A stretch of 62,375 nt of DNA. Origin: a virus. Taxonomy: Duplodnaviria > Caudoviricetes. A program made the position numbers and the translations under genes. This document shows positions 1 through 10,400 of this stretch, piece by piece (the stretch's first letter is position 1; each line of letters opens with the position of its first letter). Below the pieces are notes generated by a model, which saw only the letters and a list, made by a program, of their open reading frames with translations, was not told where the DNA came from and ran no database searches. The stretch covers positions 1-62,375 of IMG/VR virus record IMGVR_UViG_3300034112_001193; one strand, 5' to 3'.

Positions 1-10
1 TTTAGATATT

Positions 11-136
11 TTCTCGAAATCGATCCCGGCGAGGATCGACTGGATGGAGTTCTGCACCTCTTGCTCCGGGGTTCCCGGCATTTCAGGTGCTTCGTTGTTG
101 GTATTGTTATTATCGTTATTCATGTATTTGGTTTTC
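11..136. repeat. 126-bp terminal direct repeat (copy 1), circular-assembly overlap
   Basis: Identical to 62250-62375; the first 10 nt of the window do not match. It cuts through ORF 62057-62362, so it is most likely an assembler overlap of a circular/permuted genome. Confidence 0.9.
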
Positions 137-343
137 TCGTTTCTCTAGCATTGCGTCAGCGTCTTGGAATGACAGGTCTGCCACCAGTCGCGAATCTGCT
201 TGGGAATACTTATCACTTGCTCTGTAGCCCTGCAAGGCAGAACCTGCAAACCAGTCACGCATGGACATCCCAGAGTTGCTTCGCACCGGAGGATTGGTCC
301 CTCCGGGGAATGGGAATGCTGGATGATTTTTAGGCCGCGCCAT
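116..343 (-). CDS. Small phage protein of the 'AFP..GMSLRDWFAG.A' family
   Basis: HPAFPFP...GMSMRDWFAGSALQG...ADAML motif is typical of a widespread small phage protein. Start probably MARPK at 343; stop overlaps the start of the next gene (ATGA). Confidence 0.7.
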   Translation of the reverse strand: MARPKNHPAFPFPGGTNPPVRSNSGMSMRDWFAGSALQGYRASDKYSQADSRLVADLSFQDADAMLEKRENQIHE

Positions 344-388
344 GTCGCAAAAATGAGGCAAGGTGCGGCTTTGTCAAATCACGGGGGC

Positions 389-613
389 TTATCGTCTCCA
401 GACCTTGATTTTTCCTAGCGTTTCGACCAATTGCCAGTCGGTGATTTTGTCTCCATGCGTCGATGTAACAACGGGAGTCTTCTCTGATCGTGTAGCACAA
501 TACCAGTTGTCATCAGTAGTCACAATTTTGCGTGACCATGTGCATGGTTGGTAATACTCGATGTCATCGATGTCCCAACCAAGGTGAGTCGCGAGTGCTT
601 CTTTGTTGCTCAT
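389..613 (-). CDS. Hypothetical early protein
   Basis: 74-aa ORF with ATGA overlap to the upstream gene, co-oriented. Confidence 0.6.
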   Translation of the reverse strand: MSNKEALATHLGWDIDDIEYYQPCTWSRKIVTTDDNWYCATRSEKTPVVTSTHGDKITDWQLVETLGKIKVWRR

Positions 614-873
614 TTTTCTTGCTCCCGGATTGCAAGTAGATGTTCAAAAAGATAATTCTCTACTTCTGCTAATGCTTTTATTTGTTCGCAACGGTGGACT
701 CTTGCTTTTGTGAAAGCATCTGGTCCTTGTACCCAATAATCACGGGCGTTGAATTCAATCTTGCCTATTGCCTCCTGCGCGGCTCGCACGGCATCGTATG
801 CCGCCTCGTAGCCTGCCCAGAGGTCTTTGACAGAGGTTCCGTTCAGGTGGACTGTGGGTGGTGTGATGTTCAT
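610..873 (-). CDS. Hypothetical early protein
   Basis: 87-aa ORF (PTVHLNGTS..L..Y..A..A...NARDYW) with ATGA overlaps on both sides. Confidence 0.7.
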   Translation of the reverse strand: MNITPPTVHLNGTSVKDLWAGYEAAYDAVRAAQEAIGKIEFNARDYWVQGPDAFTKARVHRCEQIKALAEVENYLFEHLLAIREQEK

Positions 874-1067
874 TTCTTAATTACATTTGATTTTTTTGTG
901 TCTGCCTTGACTTCAGAAAAAGTGTCGTATCCACGCACCCCCTCTTTGTCTCCGTTTGCAAAGTGCCACCCGTTTTTCAGGGTGACTACAATGCTGTTTC
1001 CGATTGATCGCTCGTCATCGATGAAAGCAATCCATTCGCGAGTCGATAGAATTTTGTTGATGTTCAT
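870..1067 (-). CDS. Hypothetical early protein
   Basis: First gene after the promoter at 1078-1105; start probably MNINK at 1067. Confidence 0.6.
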   Translation of the reverse strand: MNINKILSTREWIAFIDDERSIGNSIVVTLKNGWHFANGDKEGVRGYDTFSEVKADTKKSNVIKK

Positions 1068-1077
1068 AACGCCAACC

Positions 1078-1105
1078 ACAATACCAAATCCGCTTGGGTT
1101 ATCAA
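1078..1105 (-). promoter_or_regulatory. Sigma70-like early promoter TTGATA-16-TATTGT with AACCCAAGC in the spacer
   Basis: Same -35, -10 and partial spacer recur at 61668-61695 upstream of another early gene. Confidence 0.6.
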
Positions 1106-1184
1106 TGATTATTTTTTATCTGTTGTGTCATAGTAAAAACATTTTTGCTTGACGCTTGATCGAAAACCCAAGCAGTCCGCAGAC

Positions 1185-1206
1185 CCGCATAAACACTAGC
1201 TTCGCG
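1185..1206. repeat. 22-bp element CCGCATAAACACTAGCTTCGCG (inverted copy at 60068-60089)
   Basis: Exact reverse-complement match at 60068-60089; degenerate copies near 52677-52697 and 61746-61772. Confidence 0.75.
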
Positions 1207-1209
1207 GGG

Positions 1210-1280
1210 TTGCAGGAGAGGGAATCGAACCCTCAACTTCAGGTTATGGGCCTGACGAGATACCGTTTCTCTATCCTGCG
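1210..1280 (-). tRNA. tRNA-Met(CAT), initiator-like
   Basis: Cloverleaf: acceptor CGCAGGA/TCCTGCA with C1:A72 mismatch, D arm GAGA/TCTC, anticodon arm TCAGG-CCCATAA-CCTGA, T arm GAGGG-TTCGATT-CCCTC; CCA not encoded. Confidence 0.85.
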
Positions 1281-1284
1281 GAAA

Positions 1285-1443
1285 TTACTTTTTCTTGCGA
1301 GTCGCCGCCGCTTTTTTTGCCCTCGCCTTGCGTTGCACAGAGTAGGCAATTGCGGCGGCTTGCGCTGGCTTTTTGCCTGCCCGAATTTCAGTCGCAATGT
1401 TGCGGTCAAAACAATTTTGGGAAGCACATTTTCGGAGAGGCAT
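1285..1443 (-). CDS. Small basic phage protein (MPLxK...NIxTEIxAGK..QA.AIAYS family)
   Basis: Lys/Arg-rich 52 aa with a recognisable motif; starts right after the stop of the giant gene. Confidence 0.7.
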   Translation of the reverse strand: MPLRKCASQNCFDRNIATEIRAGKKPAQAAAIAYSVQRKARAKKAAATRKKK

Positions 1444-1444
1444 A

Positions 1445-4400
1445 TTACTTTTTCTTTTTACCAGATTTCTCGACCTGTTGCAAAAGTGCATTCTGCATTC
1501 CTACTGCTGTGTCATAGTCAGTAGCGTAAATGTCGGTGCGGGGTGTGTATTGCCCTTCAAAATTTGGATCAAGCACCATCATCACAACATCAGGTTCTCC
1601 TTCATTAAATTCTTGGAATGTTTGTTTATTCCATCCTTCAGGCGAAAACTCATCGTTCCAAGGAATTCTTGACGCTTCAACAAATCCATGCTCTCCATAA
1701 AGCCTCGGAAGAATTGTATCAAAAGCATCTAATTTTTTTCCTCCAGCCGAAATTGCCGCTTCCAATATACTTCTACTGCTACCCTTTTCCATGCTGAAAA
1801 CAGAAACAATGTCTCCGTCAGGTTTAACAGCAAATCCAGATTTTCCAGATTCTGACATGAATAATTTCATGCCTTGGTAATCTTCGACTGGATATACATT
1901 AACTGCCGCACCAAATTTTGCCTCATCCTTGCTTTGTTGAAGAGTATCTGCAAATTTCTGTGCTGATGGTTTGTCAGTCGAGTCAAGTTCTAAAAATCTA
2001 ACAACTGGCAGTTCATTATTCCTGAACATGGTTGCCAGTTTTCTCCCCGGCTTCCATTCGGAAATATATTTTATTCCAAGATTCTTTTTAGATTTAGGTT
2101 TTAAAACCCGTAACTCTCCACCATCTCCATCGCTTTTTCTCGCGTAAGTCCAGAGTGCCTTTGCATTGCCCACTCGATTGCGTCTTGCTGTTGAGGCGGC
2201 GACATAGTGCTTGAACTTTTGTTTTTCTTTTGAGTCAGTAAACCCTCCAGCACTTTCCTGCTCCCCGGATTGATCTCCACCCCGTCCTTCAGTTGTAGAT
2301 CGTGTAGTTGTTGTGCGGTCATTTTTTACTTTTTCTATTGCTTGTTGAATTCGTTTTTCAGAAACGCCTTTTTTACGAGCAACTCCGATTGCGGCATTGG
2401 CGTAATCTGGGGCTTCCTCGTCCTCATAGCCCTCGGCATCTGATTCGTCAAGATTTTCCTGATCGTCCTTTACCTTGGCAGTCTCATAAAGACGCTTTTC
2501 AGCATACCACAGAACTGCCTGCAAGTCTGCCATAGTTAACCCCGCATATTTCGGATCGGACTTCAAATCATCCAACATCAATCCAAAAATTTCTCGTATG
2601 AAATTTCGTTCAGCAGGACTTGCCGGGGCTTCCTTCTGACCATCGAGGTATTTTGCAAGACCATTCCCGGACTTCCTTAATTCCTCCCCGGTTTCAGTCT
2701 TGTTCATCACCTCGCGCAATTCAGGTTTCATCGACGCCTTTTGAATTGCGGTCGCCAACTCCTCGACGCTCATCTCCGAAATGTCTCTACCAAGCATTTC
2801 ATCGAATCGCGCCATATCATCATCAGTCAGTTTATTGACTGCTTCCATCGTTCTGGTTGCCGCTTGCTCGGTCAGTTCCGGGTTTAATTCAATCAATGTC
2901 CCGGTCCACCTTCCCCAAGTGCGGATCAACCATCGATCCATCGTCAACGCATCGAACAAACCATAGAGGTTGCTGAAGAATCCATTTCCAATCTTGGGTC
3001 CAAGAATCGATGATCCGCGAACAAGTGTGTCAGCGTATTCGCCTCCCGGTTTAACATCTTTTTTGCTTGCCTTGTTGACAACTCCAAGCCGCGAGATTTC
3101 TTGAACCGTAAATTCGGTCTGCATGAATTTACGAGTATTATCGATGCCCCACTCATTTGTTAACTGGTTAAATAATCCAAGACTCTGGTTAATGGCTTTC
3201 TGTGCTTGTCCAGCCTGAATGTTGGTAGGCATTTTCCCGGTTTTGCGGTATGCCCGATAAACTCCTTCCGCCAATTCAAAATTCTTATCGACCTTGAGTC
3301 CGTTAGATGTAACTGCCAATGCCCATGTGAATGCGAATCGCGCATTCTCGTCTGTGGCGATTTCAGGGAAAAGAAGCGACATGACTTCAAGTGCCTGCTT
3401 GGTCTTCTCATCATACCATCCGATTGCATTTGGATTTTGTTCTAATGCAATCAAAGCGTCTTTCAAACCGACACGGGACAGATATTCGATTGTCTCCAGA
3501 GTTCGTTCAGAAACTTTGACTCCAGCTTTTTCCGCCGCTTCAAGGACTCGTTGTTGAATATCTAATTTGAAGTCCCGGCCTTTTTTCCAAGGTTTGCTGT
3601 TAGCTACCCGGATAGCATTGGATATCACCGATTGCTCATCCACGAACTCTGGAACTTCAATTCCAGTTGATACCAATTCTTTGTCAGAAACTTCTTCCTC
3701 TGGTTCAACTTTAGCTACTGGTATTTCCTGTGGTTTTTGAACAACTGTTTCTTTTGGCTTTTCAGGTTGCACAACCGGAGTGCCTCCCTGCAACGCCTGC
3801 TTCAGAATTGCCATCTCGCCGCCTTGAGCGTTAAATATAATCTCTGGCAAATTTGATTCTGGAGGCATTGCTTGAGATGCAGGAATAGGAGGTTCCACAT
3901 CGCGCAAAGGCGGGATCATGTCGCTGATCCTGCGGTATTGCGTAGGCAGTTCGATGCCTTGCAAGCCTTCTGGTTCTGCGCCTTGTTCAGCAGGCATGAA
4001 ACGAATGTCAGGAGAAGTTGTCTGGAACCTCTGCGATAGGGGTATCAGATTGCCTGCATCGTCGTATGTGAATGGGTCTGCGGATTTTGCTTGTTGAGGA
4101 TTAAATATTACATATGAAGTTGATCCTTCATCTTCAAATTCATTTTTATATTTTAAACCATCGTATCCTTCTTCTTTTGATTTTATAATAATATCATTCC
4201 AGTTATCACCTTGATCTTTAACTGTTTTCAAGTTATTAAAAAACAAATATGTTTTTGTCAAATTACCAAGATCATTATAATCATAATCTTGATACATCCA
4301 CATTTCTGCTATTGCGTTATTGGCATCCTTTTCTGCTGATTGTTTTGTAGAAAAACCATCTAAACTTTCGTTTGTATTTGTTTTCCAATACCACAATCCG

Positions 4401-7400
4401 TTTTCTTCAAAAATCTCTAACGATCTGCGTTCGTCTTCCGGTTGTTTGTCGAATGCCCTTTGTATAGACGCTTCTTTTGATCCAAAATGCATTCCTTTTT
4501 TTGTTTTGGGAATAGGATCATAAGAAGGATCAAATGATCCAAAATGCCACGCTTCAATGCCCCCTGCATTTTTTGCAATATTTTCAACAATAGCGATTGC
4601 CTCCGCTTCAGCTTTCTTGTCACCTGCTTTGGCTTTTGCTTCAAGGTCTGCAAAGCGAGTGTCAACTTCCGCAGGCATGAATTGAATCTGTCCTGCGCTA
4701 ACAACATTTGCCATCTCTGGCGTGATGTTTACTCGCCAGATTGGTGCAGTTTTTTCACGAACATTAATAATTTCAGGAACTGCATTTGGAGTTCTGGTAA
4801 ATTGAGTAAATGTGCTTGGTTTTTCTATAACGATTTCTGACTTCTCAACCTTGCCGCCCATCTTGGCAACATACTTGCCGATCTCTTTTGGCAGGATCGT
4901 GTCGTAAAAGCCTTTCATGCCTTCGCCGCCAACTGTGAGGTCTGCGTTTTCGATGGTCACATACGGCCCATACTTCGGATCGTGGGTTTTCGATTTGTCG
5001 GCAATCTTTTGAGCCACCTCTTTTCCAACATACTCTTCAAGTCCATCAAGCGGCACAGTCTTGTCTAAAACTTTTTCACTACTGTCTTTCTTGTATGCCA
5101 GCAAACGCTGCGACTTGGGATCGTATTGGATCATGTCGATCTGCTTGCTCAAATCATAGCGTTCTGCCTGCGTCTCTCCAGTAGTCCAACCAATCCATTG
5201 CTTGCCAGACTCCACGGCATCACGCAATACTCGCTTGAAGAGTTGAACAGACCAATCTTTGCGGAATGGTGCGTCTGGGACTTTTCCAACAACTGAAGAT
5301 GATTCTCTTTTAAATGCATATTCAATTGCTGATTCAGCAGAATTTCCTGCCATCCCATCTGTTACAAGATTACCTTCAGCATCAAATACTGACCATGTTA
5401 AATTCGATCCAGCTTTCCCAGTTTGTTTTGCTGTCCATCCCTTGGGCGATGTTAAATACCCCTTCTCCCTACCCGCCTGATGCCGATCAGACTGCAACTC
5501 TTCGATGAACAATCCATCGTTGCCTTCAGCGTCTGTGCGGTCATTCAAGCGCATATGCGCTACATAGTTTGGAATGTCGGAGAAGTGGGAGGAGGTATAA
5601 ACATCCTTATTAACCTCGCTAGACTTATTTTCCGCCGCCCTAGAGAAATCACTCCATTCTGCATATAATTCTGGGTGATTTTCTTCTGCCCATCGCACTT
5701 GATACAACGGATTAGTTCCTGTTGGGAAATCTGGCAATTGCTCAATTTTGCTCCAAGATTGATCTCTTAACTGAATGGCTTTTTGCTTTGATATGCCTTT
5801 TCCAATCGGCATTGCCATCACAACTTCACGATAGTTTTCACCACCGGGGAGGACATAGCCTGCGAATTTTGTTGTTCCTGCTTCTTCCAATTCACGATAG
5901 TCAGAAATTACTTCTTTCACCAAATCAATAATGCCTCCGTTTCGTCCAGTATAAATGTTTTCTTCTCGTGATGCCGCTTGAACAACTCGATCAGCTTCAG
6001 CAGAATTATATCCATTTGAAATCAATACTTGCCGCAGTCTTTCTGCCGATCTTGGAGCAGTCATTCTATCTAATCCACCAAGTGTCACCTCTTCAAATTT
6101 AACCTGCCCCTCATCTCGCAGATAATTCAGCAATTCTTGCACGGGAACTTTGCCGTTGTTCTCGCCTGCAATCCTGTCGATTGCGTCATTAACTCCTGAC
6201 CACTTAACTTCTTCCGCTTTGACATTCTGCGGGTTGTTAATGACTGCCTTCAACTGCTCTGGCGTTGCCGTAGCACCTCGGAACTTCCTCTGGATTTCTA
6301 ACTGCAATTTGCTCTGGAATCCTCGTTCTCCTGATGGTGCTTCTATGGTTTCAGCAGGCATGAATTGCGTTGCTGGAATTTCAAGTTCGCTTTCACCGGG
6401 AAGGAAGTTTATTATTGCTTTTCCATAATCAACCGGAAGTTTAGGAAGATCACTTGCATCTAATAATTCAGCCATGTGATCGATTCGCATAGACATAATC
6501 GTCCTGTCCATGCTTTTATTTTTCTCGTCACCTTTTCTTTTCGGAATCTTTGTGCGATCAAGATTTAATGCTTCTGTTTCATTCTTAAACAGATTCAGAA
6601 AATCATTAAATATCGATTTCTTTTGCTCTGCTATAGCAACATCTTCGCTTAATTGATTGCGTCCTACTGGTTCACCTTGTTCATTATATCCACTACCTTG
6701 AATACCTTTAGACCAGTTATCTAAATATTTTGTAGAAAACTCGCTCCAGAATGCTTCTTTGCTTCCACCCCAAGGTGATAGTCGATTTGGCATACGATCT
6801 GACCAAGCATTCAGTTTCGACATCATTCGACCAACTGAAATCGTTGTCACAAGAAAATTGCCTGCTGAAGATAAGTGCAATCCAATTGGAACGACATCGT
6901 AAATCTTTGGAGAAAATGCTTTATAATTTCCTTTGTCATCCATGACTGCCGCATAATCGACAAAGAATCGCGATCCATCTTTTTTGACAATCGCATCGTT
7001 TAACTCCAGCAGATACTTTTTAATTTTGAGAGGCACAATACCCTCTGGCAATTCTTGAATCGCTTTAATCTGAAGCGGGGTAAATGTTCCTCGATATGTA
7101 TTGGAACCTTCAGAAACTGCCTCAAATCGCCCCGGCGTTCCATAGTCAGGAGTGTCGATTGCCTGTTTGAATAGTGTTGCTCGATCTTTCGCGATTTTCT
7201 TCAGGTCGGAGGGCTTGAGAAGTTTAGGTGTAATGCCGTCCGCCTCGGTAACAATCTTTTTGGAGATAGCCAGAGTTCCGCCTTCTGGAACTTGCAATTG
7301 ACGCAATTCAACAGGGATTTGCCCATAACCATTTAATCTTTCCTCGCCATCTTTAGTAATGCGCCAAGTGCCTTCAAAGACCGTAGGATCGGTTACATCA

Positions 7401-10400
7401 ACTGAAGTTCCTACAGGGTTGCCATCTGCGTCGAATACTTGCGCCTGAACTTTTGTTGCGAATAGACCAGAGTCCATGCCGTAGCGTTCTGCCGCGATCT
7501 TGCTTTTACGAATATCGGCTTTCGAGATAGTTGCCGTCTCTGGTTTGTTTTCAATCGTTGCAAAATCTCCATTCAAACTTTCCAGCAACCGCATAGCATT
7601 GCGAGCGGCACTTTGAACTTCAGGAGGCAGATTGGCTTTCGATGCGTAACCAACAACATCACCAGAATAACCCAATCCAAGCAACTTCGTCGTAGCTTTT
7701 TTGAGTAGGTTATTTTTAAGTTTTGCCCTTGCCACATCAAGCAAGTGAATGCTTTTTGGATCGATATTCCTACCAAGATTTCGCGAAAGCGTGTTAGAGA
7801 ACAGATCTGCAAGAATTTCTTCTTGCATATACTCTGACACATTCTTTCTGCTTAACGAATTTGTTCCGTAGTCCCAAAGTCCACTTGCTTTCGCAATAGC
7901 TTCGATCTGCTTTTTATTGTAATTCTTCAGGTATGTATTTTCGTAAAGATCGATCAATTGATCTTCATTGTAGAGTCCAGTTGTGACTTCTTTGACATTG
8001 CCTTCCGCATCGCGAATTTGATTACTGAATAACAATTTCCTTGCTTCAGAAACCGCATCTTGGATTTCTTTAATTCGCAAGATTGCGTGACCTGTTTCGT
8101 GATTTAAGGCATCAATTGGAGTCTCTCCGTAGATGTCAATTCGATTGCGAAGAGCATCCGAATTAATAACAATCGAAGGTTGCGCTTGATTGAATACAAT
8201 ATTCTTGACGGCATCGCTAACTTCCATGCCGGGTCGAAATTCGTTTTGACCAGTTCCAGAATAAAATCCCTGTTGTCTTGCAATTTCGTAAATCGTCTCG
8301 TCAGGCACATCGCGCAATGCAGGATTCTGTCTGAAATGATTGAAGATTTGATCGGTGCTTAAAATGTGAATGCCAACATTGTTTTGACCCGCTTTAAGCG
8401 CACCATTCAGCAAAAGATTATTTCGACCAAGTGCTGTTAGAAACTGCCTGCCAAATTCGTTTCGAGTCTGAACATTTGCCGTTTTGAGCAACGACAAGGA
8501 TTTCTTCTCTGCCTCTAGTCTTTTTTCTGCCTCCTCAATTTTTTTGTTGTCAGGTGACTCGTTTACCAGTCTTTGAACTTCAGCCTCGGTATCTGCTACC
8601 TTCTTTGCCTGTCTGCCGATCACCAATTCCCAATCGGTTAACTTGTCAATCTCACCTCGCGTTTCAGGCGTCGAGTCGCGATATGCCTTTAAAGCATCCA
8701 CATTGGCTTGCTTTGCCCTTCTAGCGGCAATGACAGGGTCTTCGCCAACAAATTTGTGATAACTCTGCTGGACTGCCCTTCCGCCCAAAGAAAAGACTAA
8801 TCCCTGACCAATCATTGTTTTCAGTTCTTCCTCATCCGAAGAATCAATGACTCCTGTAGCAAGAGCAATGAGTGTCGGTTCTACGCCAAGTCGCGCATAT
8901 TCTCCAATATTGGCAATTGCGTCATCATTTACAAAACGCAATATTGTTTTTGTTGTGTCACTAACTTTCCCAATGCCTTCGTAATCTACAATTCCCTCAC
9001 CCTTTGTTTTTTCTTTTGCTAAATCCAACGCTTTTTTAGTTTCTACATACTCGTCAGTTCCTTCTGCAAGAGTCTTTAATTTTGCTGTTAATGTTTTTAC
9101 TTCGTCTTGTTGTTTTGCAATAGCACCCAAGGTTGCAAGTGGACCGACACTACCTCCAGCAGATATCCTTCGTGCGGCTTGCACTTCTTTTACTACTTTC
9201 GGTAAATCAATTAATGCTTTTACTCCATACTTTGCTCCTATCCCGCTAAAAGCACCCATTCCTAATCCAGCCAACGGATTTTCAGGATTTACTTGATATC
9301 CAATAGTTGCTCCAGTAACAGCAGGCGCAGTTTTTGTAATTGTTTGCCATGTCGGACTTCTTTCAAGGTAATCACTAGTTTTTTCAATTCCCCTTGCCGT
9401 TGCTCCTGCCGCTCGCTCGACAAATCCGGGTTTCTGTAATTTTTCTAGTTTAGAAAGTTCTTTTTTCTTTGCTACTTCTTGAGCTTTTGTTTCCAAAGCA
9501 TTGATTTGGTCATCATCCAAACCAAGTTTTTTTAATTTTAATTTTGCAATCGGAGTCAGCATCTTTGACGCTTGAACAACAGAGTAAGCGTAACCAAAAA
9601 CATCTACACCAAATTGGCCGGGAATTGTTAATGATCCAAATGTAGCAATGTCGGGATCGTTTTCTGGAATAGATTTTTTAATATCTTCGATTGTATTAAG
9701 AACCCCGTTTTCGATATCTGCTTGCCGTTTTGATTTAACCTCCTCTCGGCTTAAATCAGGATACATAATCATGTATTCATCGATTGACGGGTGTATCAGG
9801 CTTGAAAATGATTTCATCACAGGAGCGTAGTATGTATCAACTACTCGCGCCCAAGATTTAGGTTCTGATTTAATCAATTTTGCTTGAGCAGTATTAACTT
9901 CGCTTCTTGCTTTAAATCTTTCAAAAGAAGTTTCTTCATCGGTCAGACCAAACTTTTCACTAGCATCGTCCCATAATTGCATTCCCCCAGTTCCAAGTTT
10001 TGTTCCCAAAAAAGCTACGCTTTCAGGCAACGATGCTAGTTCAGAAGTGTAGGAAAACGGAACTTGTTTTGCTTGATATCGCTTTTCTTGAAATTCTTTT
10101 TCAATGCCAGCGATTTGCTCTGGAGTCAGGTATTCTTTGATTTTAGCAAGATACTTTGCGTCAGTATAAGCGTCAGGATTTTGTTTTTCGCCACCTTTGA
10201 TTGGAGTATTAGCAATCTGCCATGCTCGTTTGCGCCAACTTTCAACTTCTGCCTTCTTATCTTCAGGCAATAATTTTTCTGCCGCAAGTGCTTTAGCATA
10301 CCCTGAAGTCATCCCAAGTAATGCAGGAGCACCTTGCTTTACTGCTTTTGCAGTTCCCTTTAATACACCACCCAAAAGGTCTGCTGTCATTACTCCAACT

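Noticed and set aside
1-136. Terminal repeat as a biological DTR
   Set aside because: It is 126 bp, cuts through a gene and is close to a typical assembler k-mer length; the P22/Sf6-like TerS suggests headful packaging. Most likely a circularisation overlap.
1185-1280. attP site and temperate lifestyle at the tRNA
   Set aside because: No integrase, partition genes or CI-like repressor recognised; the tRNA is full length rather than a 3' fragment.
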